From positions 1 to 32,120 of IMG/VR virus record IMGVR_UViG_3300044984_002732: DNA of 32,120 nucleotides; one strand, written 5' to 3'. Of the stretch, positions 1 to 8,457 are shown piece after piece. The position numbers and the translations under genes were made by a program. This DNA comes from a virus (Duplodnaviria; Caudoviricetes). Positions within the stretch are counted from its first letter, which is position 1, and each line of letters starts with the position of its first letter. The notes under the pieces were generated by a model. The model was not told where the DNA came from. It saw nothing but the letters and a program-made list of their open reading frames with translations, and ran no database searches.

Positions 1-320
1 TTATGGACGATTTTGTTATTATGGACGATTTATATAGGGATTTCCCTCAAACAGTTATTGATTCATACTTTCCACTCTAAAAGCGTGAAAATTCGTCCAG
101 AATGCTAATATCGTCCAGATTTGTTCATACGATTTTTTCAATCCAAATAGTAACATATTGATTTTTCTTATTTTTTTATTTTCTTTTTTTTTATTATGGA
201 CGATTTTGTTATTATGGACGATTTATATAGGGATTTCCCTCAAACAGTTATTGATTCATACTTTCCACTCTAAAAGCGTGAAAATTCGTCCAGAATGCTA
301 ATATCGTCCAGATTTGTTCA
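1..320. repeat. 127-bp exact direct repeat (1-127 and 194-320; period 193 bp) at the window edge
   Basis: ttatggacgattttg...gatttgttca reads identically at 1-127 and 194-320, separated by a T-rich 66-bp spacer. Confidence 0.95.
4..117. promoter_or_regulatory. Putative replication origin: convergent TGGACGA/TCGTCCA iterons around an AT-rich core (repeated at 197-310)
   Basis: Two forward TGGACGA copies (near 4 and 22) and two inverted TCGTCCA copies (93, 111), directly downstream of the P4-type helicase gene; layout resembles P4 ori. Confidence 0.5.
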
Positions 321-1787
321 ACTGTTTTCATTAGAAAGCACCCCAATTCCTGTATAAATTTTGATTCCCTTCTTTATAACCTTGAATCTTTTTCCCATCG
401 TTCGGCCGAACCTGTTAATTGATGGAACACTTTTGCTATGGTTATCCTCATACCATCGGGAAAATACATCATAGATTACTGATGCATTGACTCTATATTC
501 ACTACCGACAACACAACACTCATCAATAAAGTCCTGGACAATATCAAATTCCCTTCGCTTGCCCCCCGTAGCTTCCTTGACCAAAGACGGATAGTCCAAC
601 CGTCCATCAATCTGCCATTGCAGCGTCCCCCGAACCAGCCATGCCAGTATCCCGGAGGCTTCGCTTTTCAGTTTATCCGCCAAGTCTTTATCGATCTTTC
701 TTTCATCCGGATGTTTCGGGTCGGTAACAAAACTGATGTTGAATGGCACCAGGAAAATGCGCTCCCATAGTGCAAAGTCATCAACTGGCATGGATGGGAT
801 GTTGTTGGTGAGCATAAACAGGGTGTGGGTGGTGTTGAATTTCGTCTCGTATTTATCATGGGGATTTCTACCCAAGAGGGTATCCCCGCCGGTAAGTTTT
901 TTAGCATTCGATACAGACAGCTTTGCGCCTTCGTCTGTCTCGCTGGCAAAGGCGATGCGAAGACCTTTCAGAGACATTATTTCTGGTGTCGGGCCGGAAG
1001 ACGACTTACCGAACCGCTGTTCAAGAAGCAGTTCGGACCGGATTGGGGATGCCATATCTCCCATGACATATCGAATCGTTTCGATGATCAGAGTCTTTCC
1101 GTTTCTGCCCTTCCCGTAAAAAATCGGAAGAATGTGTTCTGTCGTAAGACCGGTAATAGCATACCCGAGCAGACACTGGATGAAGTTTACCATTTCATGG
1201 TTTTCATCCATGATTTCAAGGATAGATTTCTCCCATATCGGGCAGGGTGTTTCTATACCTGTCCAGTTATGAGGACAGTATTTCATCAAAAGTTGTTGCG
1301 GTTCTCCTGGATAAAGCTCTCCGTTTTTTAAATCGACAACTCCATTGATCACGGGGAGCTTCCACGGATCGGCATCAAACAATTCGGTTGTTGTGACCAG
1401 CCGGTCGTGACATCTGGTGGTAAACGTCAGGCAATTTGTGGATCCTCGAACTGACCGGAGCCGATCGACTCTGTTATAGATTTTTTTCTGACGGTCTATC
1501 AAAGTTTGCTTGGCCTCTTGTGATTCTGCTGCTGCAATCCTATCGACAAGCAATTTTGCCTCATTGAGATACTCGTTGCTGACTTCTGCGACAGAAGATA
1601 TTGCGTCAAGCGAACATTGATCAATTTCCCAATGATGCCCGGCCCACCTGATCCATTCATTTGATGCCTTGTTGTAGAGCCTTTTCCCGCGATTCAAGGC
1701 AATGTAAATCATGGCATCCCCCAGCTCGTTTGCCTGAAGACATTGCGTTATAAACTCGCTGGTTATTTCTCCCGATGGTTCATTCAT
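318..1787 (-). CDS. Phage/plasmid P4-family (D5-like) SF3 helicase, without an obvious N-terminal primase domain
   Basis: D5_N-like segment (W.GHHW...NGVVDLKNGEL), Walker A FYGKGRNGKT, Walker B AFASE, KKLTGGD, MLTNN...DDFALWER, C-terminal winged helix. Confidence 0.9.
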   Translation of the reverse strand: MNEPSGEITSEFITQCLQANELGDAMIYIALNRGKRLYNKASNEWIRWAGHHWEIDQCSLDAISSVAEVSNEYLNEAKLLVDRIAAAESQEAKQTLIDRQKKIYNRVDRLRSVRGSTNCLTFTTRCHDRLVTTTELFDADPWKLPVINGVVDLKNGELYPGEPQQLLMKYCPHNWTGIETPCPIWEKSILEIMDENHEMVNFIQCLLGYAITGLTTEHILPIFYGKGRNGKTLIIETIRYVMGDMASPIRSELLLEQRFGKSSSGPTPEIMSLKGLRIAFASETDEGAKLSVSNAKKLTGGDTLLGRNPHDKYETKFNTTHTLFMLTNNIPSMPVDDFALWERIFLVPFNISFVTDPKHPDERKIDKDLADKLKSEASGILAWLVRGTLQWQIDGRLDYPSLVKEATGGKRREFDIVQDFIDECCVVGSEYRVNASVIYDVFSRWYEDNHSKSVPSINRFGRTMGKRFKVIKKGIKIYTGIGVLSNENS

Positions 1788-1810
1788 TTATTTTTTCCAT
1801 ATTCCATTCC

Positions 1811-1840
1811 AAAAACGTCCATCACCCGGACGAAAAAAAA
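1811..1840 (-). terminator. Short hairpin plus U-tract upstream of the helicase (possible attenuator)
   Basis: Minus strand reads CGTCC-GGGTGAT-GGACG-TTTTT; it contains the same TGGACG motif as the iterons. Confidence 0.3.
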
Positions 1841-1883
1841 GGGCCTTGTCACGCCGTATGATATGAAGGCTTTTCAAAGTACC

Positions 1884-2120
1884 TTAAATTATTTCAGCCA
1901 CTTGCGGATCATTTGATATTTGGCGGGTTTTTCTGCGAGGGGGTGCGGGGGTTTTTCGTTTCAGCTCGAAAGGTTTTCCTGTTTCTGGATCGATCAACAC
2001 CATCTTTGGTTTGCTTCTTCTTGGTATTGTTGCAGCGACTTCATGTTCAAGCAAAGTCAAATCTTGCTTGAACTTGTGAATGATCTGAAGAAGGTAATGG
2101 GCTTGAGATACTTCGAGCAT
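1884..2120 (-). CDS. Hypothetical early phage protein (78 aa, basic C-terminus)
   Basis: ORF in the early operon with upstream AAAGGGG SD. Confidence 0.6.
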   Translation of the reverse strand: MLEVSQAHYLLQIIHKFKQDLTLLEHEVAATIPRRSKPKMVLIDPETGKPFELKRKTPAPPRRKTRQISNDPQVAEII

Positions 2121-2147
2121 AATAACCCCTTTGGTATAACCAGAAAG

Positions 2148-2348
2148 TTACGCTTTTTTTATTTCGTTCGATGCCCGAAATGGCAATAATCGCAGCAGGT
2201 CAGGGTGGGTTTGAATGATAGGTGCTCCAACCTCAATACACGTCCTGATAAATTCAGACAGTGAACAATCGAGATCATTTGTCGTTTGGTTGATGATATT
2301 CAGAAGACGGTCATCAACCTTGATATTCAACTGGTTGTTTGTCTTCAT
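2148..2348 (-). CDS. Small ribbon-helix-helix-like DNA-binding protein in the cII position
   Basis: GGAGG SD before ATG at 2348; QLNIKVDDRLL...SLSEFIRTCI is a beta-alpha-alpha RHH pattern; follows the cro-like gene. Confidence 0.65.
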   Translation of the reverse strand: MKTNNQLNIKVDDRLLNIINQTTNDLDCSLSEFIRTCIEVGAPIIQTHPDLLRLLPFRASNEIKKA

Positions 2349-2401
2349 TGCCTCCCCCCCTAAATAACATTTACTGCAATTCATGCTTCATCCTGTTGTT
2401 T

Positions 2402-2632
2402 TTATGTCTGGTGGTGCTGGGGTGGTGGTTCAACGTTGCTGATTATCTGGCGCAGTATTTCGGTATTCCCATCCATCCAGATGTCGGGGGTTGATCCGGT
2501 AACCATCGCAAGCCTCTTTGCAATATTCCATGACGGCCTACGTCTGCCCATCAAAATATTAGACAGGGATGGTTGAGCGATTCCTGCTTTTATTGCAATT
2601 TCGTTTTGAGATATTTTTTTCATGGAATTCAT
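2402..2632 (-). CDS. Cro-like XRE helix-turn-helix protein (start may be 2623)
   Basis: SQNEIAIKAGIAQPSLSNILMGRRRPS is an HTH_3 pattern; divergent from the repressor. Confidence 0.85.
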   Translation of the reverse strand: MNSMKKISQNEIAIKAGIAQPSLSNILMGRRRPSWNIAKRLAMVTGSTPDIWMDGNTEILRQIISNVEPPPQHHQT

Positions 2633-2713
2633 ATTTCACATCGAAACGAACAAGTCAAGAAATTATTTAACTTCAAAATGATTTATTATGATAAAATATT
2701 TCATGGTGAAAAT
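2631..2713. promoter_or_regulatory. Divergent cro/cI control region with imperfect palindromic operators
   Basis: atatTTCAcatcGAAA near 2631 and atatTTCAtggTGAAA near 2696; leftward TTGACT -35-like hexamer at 2658-2653. Confidence 0.45.
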
Positions 2714-3220
2714 ATGTTGACTAAATTGGAACAAACATTTTGTGAATCTTTAAAAAAATATGTTGATGAAAATTCACCAAATCAAAAGGGATTTATAACA
2801 AAATTATCTAAAATGATTGGTATTTCTCAGCCTCAACTTTCGAACATAATTGGTAAAAGAAAGCCAACTGACGAAGAAACAAGACGAAAAATTGCATCAA
2901 TAATCGGCATCGAATACGACGTAATGATCGGATTAAAACCTAAATACATCCCAAACAATACACCGGCTAAGGTCTATGCGTTCCCGATTGAATACCGTCC
3001 CCCTCCTGTTGACCAACGGTTGGAATCCATGCACGAAAATCTGAATATGATCTACAAACACGGTGACGACGGCCTGAAATCAGCCATCGAAATGAATCTG
3101 AAAGCGTTCAGTAAAACTATCGAAATGGAAATAAGAATGAATCAAAAAGACCAAGATATATCGTCATTGAAGGAGGAAATAGAAAACCTGAAAAAAACAG
3201 TGAACAATCCATCCGGGTAA
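2714..3220 (+). CDS. CI-like XRE repressor (168 aa), no S24 peptidase domain, C-terminal coiled coil
   Basis: KLSKMIGISQPQLSNIIGKRK HTH; ATG at 2714 preferred because the longer ORF overlaps cro. Confidence 0.8.
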   Translation: MLTKLEQTFCESLKKYVDENSPNQKGFITKLSKMIGISQPQLSNIIGKRKPTDEETRRKIASIIGIEYDVMIGLKPKYIPNNTPAKVYAFPIEYRPPPVDQRLESMHENLNMIYKHGDDGLKSAIEMNLKAFSKTIEMEIRMNQKDQDISSLKEEIENLKKTVNNPSG

Positions 3221-3247
3221 AATATAGACGGTTTATCGGAGGGTTTT

Positions 3248-3784
3248 GTGGAAGAGCCCCGCATATTCAAAAAATGCGCATGTTACATCGGGGTGATTAC
3301 CAATCCATATTTAACGTTATCATTTTACTATTTCAGGATGACTGGATTGATGCTTGCTGGGATGAATATGCAGATGTTGAAATTAAAATTGGTTTTTAAA
3401 GCGATTTCGATTCTATCAATATTTATTGCTTCAACTTCTGTTTTTGCGGATCCGCAATATCAAATCAAAACAAAAAATGGGGAGACATTTACTACCCATC
3501 ATTACTGGAAAGAAAAATCAAATACCAACTTTTGGATTGATAAACAGGAAAAATCAATTCCGACATCAGATATCTCAAAAATTGAAGATATAACTCCAAA
3601 AACTGAAAACGCATATCCGATATCACCAAAAACCAACAATCCATCAATCGAAAAAGATGATACCAACAAAGTCATAATCGGATCACCATATCGACACTCC
3701 CCGTCGTCCAGATATCGAAGTCACACAAGCTCCAGGCCACCTAAAGTGTTCCACACCCCCAAAATATTCCGAAAACGAAGATAA
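3248..3784 (+). CDS. Exported protein between repressor and integrase (true start probably ~3362-3374); possible superinfection-exclusion or moron product
   Basis: Signal-peptide-like KAISILSIFIASTSVFA-DPQY; low-complexity basic C-terminus. Confidence 0.55.
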   Translation: MEEPRIFKKCACYIGVITNPYLTLSFYYFRMTGLMLAGMNMQMLKLKLVFKAISILSIFIASTSVFADPQYQIKTKNGETFTTHHYWKEKSNTNFWIDKQEKSIPTSDISKIEDITPKTENAYPISPKTNNPSIEKDDTNKVIIGSPYRHSPSSRYRSHTSSRPPKVFHTPKIFRKRR

Positions 3785-3786
3785 TT

Positions 3787-4887
3787 ATGTCAGTCCATCA
3801 ACTCAAAGACGGCCGATGGATCGTCGCCTATCGATCCGGAAAAAAATATCTCCGTGAGTATTTCGGTCGCGGCATCGAGGCCGAAAAAAAAGCCCGTGAG
3901 CGAAACGAACAGCTCGGGCTAAACGAATACCACCGGCAAAGCGACCCCCGGCAGAATTTATCACCATGTTTTTTTGAACTGATAAACGCCTATCTCTCTT
4001 CGAGATCAATCCACATGCAGCAATCAACCATCAACGCTCTCAAATACAAACTGAATGCAATCATTTTGCCCGATCTTGGTCAGTTGCAGGCAATCAACAT
4101 CACCCCCGACAGAATCGATAAATATGTCCAATCAAGACTGTCCGAAGGCAAAAGCAAAAGCACAGTGCACCGTGATTTATCGGATATCATGGCGATCCTC
4201 AATTGGAGTGTTAAGCGCGGGTATCTTCTTAGAAATCCTTTGGCAGGGTACGAAAAACCAAAACGTGACGATGAAATAATCATCCCCCCCAGCTCCGAGG
4301 AATCAAAAAAAATCATGGCCCATGCCGCTGATCATTTGGTCAGAGCATTGAGCATCTGCTACTATACCGGACTTCGCCCAGGCGCCAGTGAATTGTTTGG
4401 GATAAAATGGGCAGACATCGGATGGGAGAACCGAACGATATTGATTCGATCGGCAAAAAAAGGTGGGATTCGGTCTCGGGTGGTTCCTCTGCATGAATCG
4501 TTTTTGGATCAATTGAGAAAATGGCATGCGCTCGATGGCCACGAAAACGAAATCATCCAGTATCATGGGCAGCCTATAAGCTCGCTGAAGAAGTCTTTTG
4601 CATCAGCCAAACGCAGGGCCGGGATAACACGTCGGCTGCCGCTGTACAGCTTCCGGCACGCTTTCGCATCGATTGTTTTGTCCAGCAATGCCGACCTGAA
4701 ATCGACATCTGAAATCCTGGGGCATTCCCGGCCAGACACGACATTGCGCATTTACCAGCATACCAACCAAGATATGCACCGAGCAGTTGTTGACCTTTTG
4801 CCCGGTCTGGATTATGGTCAATCAGATGATTTACCGGGTGATAAATCAAATGATTTATCAAAAAGTGACAATGAAAAAGTAAATTAA
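3787..4887 (+). CDS. int: Tyrosine recombinase (phage integrase)
   Basis: N-terminal arm-binding-like domain, SAM-like domain, YTGLRPG (R), SAKKG (K), YSFRH (HxxR variant), ILGHS, TLRIY (Y); att site immediately downstream. Confidence 0.95.
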   Translation: MSVHQLKDGRWIVAYRSGKKYLREYFGRGIEAEKKARERNEQLGLNEYHRQSDPRQNLSPCFFELINAYLSSRSIHMQQSTINALKYKLNAIILPDLGQLQAINITPDRIDKYVQSRLSEGKSKSTVHRDLSDIMAILNWSVKRGYLLRNPLAGYEKPKRDDEIIIPPSSEESKKIMAHAADHLVRALSICYYTGLRPGASELFGIKWADIGWENRTILIRSAKKGGIRSRVVPLHESFLDQLRKWHALDGHENEIIQYHGQPISSLKKSFASAKRRAGITRRLPLYSFRHAFASIVLSSNADLKSTSEILGHSRPDTTLRIYQHTNQDMHRAVVDLLPGLDYGQSDDLPGDKSNDLSKSDNEKVN

Positions 4888-4914
4888 AACAGATGGATAA
4901 ATGTCAAGAACTGT

Positions 4915-4960
4915 GTTCGGGACGCTGGGGTCGCTGGTTCAAATCCAGTCGTCCCGACCA
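4915..4960 (+). other. attP core: 3' half of tRNA-Pro(CGG), from anticodon loop to CCA
   Basis: gTTCGGGAcgctg-gggtc-GCTGG-TTCAAAT-CCAGT-CGTCCCG-A-CCA; no 5' half upstream; flanked by int on one side and phage lysis genes on the other. Confidence 0.9.
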
Positions 4961-4962
4961 TT

Positions 4963-5009
4963 TAAAAACAGAACGTTATCCAAATTTCCCGAACGTTCAC
5001 TCATTTTTT
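4963..5009. terminator. Hairpin with T-tracts on both strands just downstream of the att core
   Basis: GAACGTT(4971)...AACGTTC(4998); minus strand followed by TGTTTTT, plus strand by ACTCATTTTTT. Confidence 0.45.
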
Positions 5010-5065
5010 CCGGTAAATTGATTTATCAAAACCATTTTCGTGGTGTCACGAAAAAGGTCATCCAG

Positions 5066-5386
5066 CTAATAAGCATCGAATATAATCGTCGCCGAATCCA
5101 AAAAATACAGCATCGACCCATCCAGAACAAATTTCCCAATCCCATTAACCTTCACAATCTTTTTTGAATCGACCACAAACGATCCCTCCCGCTTGCTGTC
5201 CTGCCAGTACAATGTCGCCGTTCCGGAAACGCACGGCAAATCAGGGTTTACGCTTTCGAATTTGATCAAAAACAGCGTCTCGTCATAAAAAAACCCGAAG
5301 CTGTTCCCGCAGACGTCATCCCCGGCAGCATGTGCCGATACCGCCATTGACGCCATGAACATCACCGCCATCAATAATCTTTTCAT
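5066..5386 (-). CDS. Secreted/periplasmic protein (106 aa) at the end of the lysis module
   Basis: AAGGAGG SD; signal peptide MKRLLMAVMFMASMAVSAHA; two Cys residues. Confidence 0.75.
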   Translation of the reverse strand: MKRLLMAVMFMASMAVSAHAAGDDVCGNSFGFFYDETLFLIKFESVNPDLPCVSGTATLYWQDSKREGSFVVDSKKIVKVNGIGKFVLDGSMLYFLDSATIIFDAY

Positions 5387-5631
5387 TTCGCCTCCTTGAT
5401 TTTGAACATTGCGATGCAATCGATCGTCCAGGAAAATATCCCCTTGACCTTGTCCCAGACTGTTTCATCCCCAACTATCCCTGCAACCACATCAAGCACC
5501 GCCTGTTTCTTCTCTTTCCCTGTCCCTGGCCCCATTTGCTCCTGCAATTGCTGCATCAATTCTCGCATCAATTTCACTAAGCCGGGTAGTGCAGTAATCA
5601 CTGCAAGGATGTTCGCTGCCGTTAGTCCCAT
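5383..5631 (-). CDS. Small membrane-associated protein, possible holin
   Basis: AGGAG SD; hydrophobic N-terminus; G..KK..V motif seen in some holins; lysis-module position. Confidence 0.6.
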   Translation of the reverse strand: MGLTAANILAVITALPGLVKLMRELMQQLQEQMGPGTGKEKKQAVLDVVAGIVGDETVWDKVKGIFSWTIDCIAMFKIKEAK

Positions 5632-5714
5632 ATGGTTCTCCTATCATTTTTCGCCAAAGTTTTAATAGATCAACTGTTATTGCAAAGCGTTTTTCGTGTG
5701 AAGGTGGACGATCT

Positions 5715-5909
5715 TCAAGACTCATCTTTTGTTCCTGTAGATTTATTCGCTCTTTTTTCCCTGATTCCCCAATATATCCCCTGTAGTAAAGTAATGACCT
5801 TGTCATCCTTTACTGTTGGGGTCAACCATGCGGCCCCACGAAGGAGTTCAAGGATTGCCCAGATGGTTATTAAATTATCTTTGAGTTGCGCTATTAGCCA
5901 GTTGTCCAT
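5715..5909 (-). CDS. Small membrane protein, possible holin
   Basis: 64 aa, hydrophobic segment followed by TP..KDD motif; overlaps the end of the endolysin. Confidence 0.55.
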   Translation of the reverse strand: MDNWLIAQLKDNLITIWAILELLRGAAWLTPTVKDDKVITLLQGIYWGIREKRANKSTGTKDES

Positions 5910-6339
5910 TCTGTATTTCCTTTATTTTGACATAAAGTCTTATGATTCGATTAAGGTGTCCTCGAACATAAATTTCCTTGGAACATTTAGAGTATCTCAA
6001 CATCCTGAGAATCAAATATTCCTGCCAGTTCTCAGGATGAAATTTCATAAGTTCATCCATTGCATTCCCTGGCCATTCTTTGTTGTCCTGGGGGTTGACC
6101 TTTGCGTCAAAGAGGCAAATATCCAAAGGAAAGGGAGCTGTCTCACTCCCAGCAGGAACCCAATACTTTTCGTAGTATATTTCTTTGGCCTGATCGAGTG
6201 TCGTCCACATACCGACTTCAGGATTATACTTACTGGATAGCCCCCACTTGGTAAATCCTCCTGGGTCACGAGGGTCATCAGATACTTTTCCTTCAAGCCC
6301 AATCACAATTTCAAAGGCTTTGTTGAATGAAGATTTCAC
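5875..6339 (-). CDS. Endolysin, glycoside hydrolase family 108
   Basis: FNKAF...EGKVSDDPRDPGGFTKWGLS (EGG...DPGG.T..GI motif), A.EIY...YW, LFD..VN. Confidence 0.85.
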   Translation of the reverse strand: MKSSFNKAFEIVIGLEGKVSDDPRDPGGFTKWGLSSKYNPEVGMWTTLDQAKEIYYEKYWVPAGSETAPFPLDICLFDAKVNPQDNKEWPGNAMDELMKFHPENWQEYLILRMLRYSKCSKEIYVRGHLNRIIRLYVKIKEIQNGQLANSATQR

Positions 6340-6740
6340 TCTATATCGTCCTTCCTAAACCTGCGTGACCTTTCGTCAATCTTGGTTTTTAGTTCAGTGA
6401 TCTTTTCCAATAGTTCCCCATAAGTAACCTGAGTTCTGTTTGCATGAGCATGTCGTTTTTCATCCTGGAGATCAATCTTTGCAATCAACTCATCAAATCT
6501 TTTTTCGAGCATATCATGCAGCGATTTTCTTTCATCCTTGCAGTCAATTCTTTCGGTACGGCAAAATTTGTATGGAACAACTTCTTTCATATCATCCTGG
6601 ATGGACGTGATCTTTTTATTTTGATCCTGCACGTCATTTTTGAGAGTGTCGATGGCGTGCTTACTACCGCCCCACGAAACTGCAGCCGCAATTGCTGCGG
6701 CCACAATAGTCCAGATGGTTGATACTTCCTGTTGTTCCAT
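6336..6740 (-). CDS. Membrane-anchored coiled-coil protein (lysis module)
   Basis: One N-terminal TM segment followed by a coiled coil with a CxxxRxxC motif. Confidence 0.65.
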   Translation of the reverse strand: MEQQEVSTIWTIVAAAIAAAVSWGGSKHAIDTLKNDVQDQNKKITSIQDDMKEVVPYKFCRTERIDCKDERKSLHDMLEKRFDELIAKIDLQDEKRHAHANRTQVTYGELLEKITELKTKIDERSRRFRKDDIE

Positions 6741-6756
6741 TATTTTTAGCCTTTTT

Positions 6757-7278
6757 TTACGGCCACACCATCACCGGCATTTCGGCCAGCAGTTCATCAA
6801 CAGTCGGAATTGTTCTCGTTCCTGCCTCACACTCAGCCAAAACTGCATATCCTACAGACCAACAAGCATCACGCCAGACTACCCCAGCCTGTCCCTCCGG
6901 GCCGAACTTTGGGTTTATACTGGTTGCGTAGCTACACAGACTCAGGATACCATCGTAATAATGTGCTTTAGCCTCATTATCGAGATACACCTGAATAGCA
7001 TTAATTAGTTGCTGCTTGATCGTTGATTCATCATAAGGAACAATCTCCCGGACAAAAGTCCTTGACTCATGATTGAACGTGCAGTTGCTTGTGGTATGAT
7101 GAGTGAAGGAATTGTATTCATGAGTTGCTTCTGTGTAATGATACAGCCCTAATCCTGCAAGCTGATCTGAAGTATATTCAAACAAAGATGTTCTGGTTGA
7201 TCCATCAGCCAGCCTGATTTTGACTGGCAATGAGTCATACTGATTGAAATTTTCTAAGTCTATAAACTGAAGATACAT
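6757..7278 (-). CDS. Tail fibre assembly-like protein
   Basis: C-terminal LD..A....YD...S..SY......F..E....V.WRDA.W...ELLAE.P...WP pattern typical of phage fibre-associated proteins. Confidence 0.6.
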   Translation of the reverse strand: MYLQFIDLENFNQYDSLPVKIRLADGSTRTSLFEYTSDQLAGLGLYHYTEATHEYNSFTHHTTSNCTFNHESRTFVREIVPYDESTIKQQLINAIQVYLDNEAKAHYYDGILSLCSYATSINPKFGPEGQAGVVWRDACWSVGYAVLAECEAGTRTIPTVDELLAEMPVMVWP

Positions 7279-7871
7279 TATGCACCTATATAGTTATTAT
7301 AAACAATTGATTTATATAATTCTATTTCTCCAATTACAGCTCTTGTCACTGGCCCATAAATCGCTGTAATAGTTATTTTGTAATATCTGTGTGTGGTGGT
7401 GTTCGAAAATTGATATAAATCAGAGAGCACTCCTGACGGTAGTGTTTGTGTCGTTCTTGAGTCTAACTGTGTCCAATTCGAATCGTCGTTTGAGCCATAA
7501 AACGTCCATGCTGTAGGATACGTTGAATTTGTATAATATCCCATCAGTTTATACCCATCTACCATAACGTTTGATCCAAAATCTATTTTCCACCATGGAG
7601 GAACAGAAATACTATTATCAGCAGATGACCACATGCCTAAATCTTGATCGGTAACTCCATCCATTGCTTTCCATGCAGGATATGAAGCTGAATAGTCACT
7701 TTGAGAACTTACCACATAAGGATTTGGCGCATTATTAGCTGTCATTGTTGGAGAGACTTTTGTTACCGATCCTGTAATAACACCGATTCTCTGCCGATTA
7801 CCAATATTCACCAACTCCACCGGATTCATCTTATATTTAGTCGTGTCATGAGGTATTCGTTGCAGGCTCAT
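7278..7871 (-). CDS. F5/8 type C (discoidin) carbohydrate-binding virion protein
   Basis: AWKAMDG...W...WWKIDFG...P.AWTFYGSNDDSNWTQLD...RYYKI...IGEIELY. Confidence 0.85.
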   Translation of the reverse strand: MSLQRIPHDTTKYKMNPVELVNIGNRQRIGVITGSVTKVSPTMTANNAPNPYVVSSQSDYSASYPAWKAMDGVTDQDLGMWSSADNSISVPPWWKIDFGSNVMVDGYKLMGYYTNSTYPTAWTFYGSNDDSNWTQLDSRTTQTLPSGVLSDLYQFSNTTTHRYYKITITAIYGPVTRAVIGEIELYKSIVYNNYIGA

Positions 7872-8200
7872 CAGCTTATCTCCAAAACACCACCACTCAG
7901 ATACAGATCACCATCAGCACTTGCAGTACCAACTATAGTATCTCCTGCCTCAAGCACAGGTTTCCCTGTAATCACAGACAGCGATGTATCAGCAGGAACA
8001 GATACAGTCTTTGCCCAATACACCGCCGTGTCGCTATCGCTATCATCAGTCCAGTGGACACTTGCATCAGCCGAGTTTGTCCCATCAATATTAGCCACCT
8101 GGCAATGCAAAACAATTGCTTTTGTTGCCGCAGGGCAAGTATATGCCGTTGCCCCGCCAGTTGTCATTGCAGCCTTAAAATTCTTGAAAACATTAGCCAT
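7871..8200 (-). CDS. Small beta-rich virion structural protein
   Basis: MANVFKN...YTCPA...VP....L....K.VLEAGD pattern seen in tail-region proteins; translationally coupled to neighbours. Confidence 0.65.
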   Translation of the reverse strand: MANVFKNFKAAMTTGGATAYTCPAATKAIVLHCQVANIDGTNSADASVHWTDDSDSDTAVYWAKTVSVPADTSLSVITGKPVLEAGDTIVGTASADGDLYLSGGVLEIS

Positions 8201-8205
8201 TTATT

Positions 8206-8448
8206 TCATCCTCCTAAAGCAATCGCCAGGGCGATAGCATCCGCTTGGGTTGCTGCGTCCGAAGTATTAAAGTCAGACGAAACAGTCAGCGTTTTGCTGG
8301 TTGTTCCACCTGCGATTGTAAAGCCTGTAGTTTGAGATGTAAGCGTCAAAGCGTTTATCAGAGTCGCCCACACACTCGCCCATTTCTTGCTTGTAGTTCC
8401 TATCCCACCTTCGTTATTTGCTCTGGGGACAATTGCTCTTGTAGCCAT
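8206..8448 (-). CDS. Small tail-fibre-associated protein
   Basis: GGAGG SD; IVPR..NEG.IGT..K.W motif; AIALAIALG C-terminus. Confidence 0.65.
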   Translation of the reverse strand: MATRAIVPRANNEGGIGTTSKKWASVWATLINALTLTSQTTGFTIAGGTTSKTLTVSSDFNTSDAATQADAIALAIALGG

Positions 8449-8457
8449 TAAACCCTC

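Larger units (their letters stand above)
4826..5031. promoter_or_regulatory. Integrase arm-type sites (TGATTTA[T/C]C) flanking the att core
   Basis: TGATTTACCG 4827, TGATAAATCA (inverted) 4839, TGATTTATCA 4851, CCGGTAAATT (inverted) 5010, TGATTTATCA 5019. Confidence 0.65.

Noticed and set aside
1-127. Phage terminal repeat or evidence of a complete circular genome
   Set aside because: The repeat recurs at 194, not at the far end, and terminase and other genes are missing, so the genome is partial.
4911-4960. Complete tRNA-Pro gene
   Set aside because: The 5' acceptor strand and D-arm are missing and the anticodon stem pairs only imperfectly; it is an att core.
5492-5806. 104-aa minus-strand ORF as an overlapping spanin
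   Set aside because: It overlaps two better-supported ORFs and has no lipobox or TM segment.
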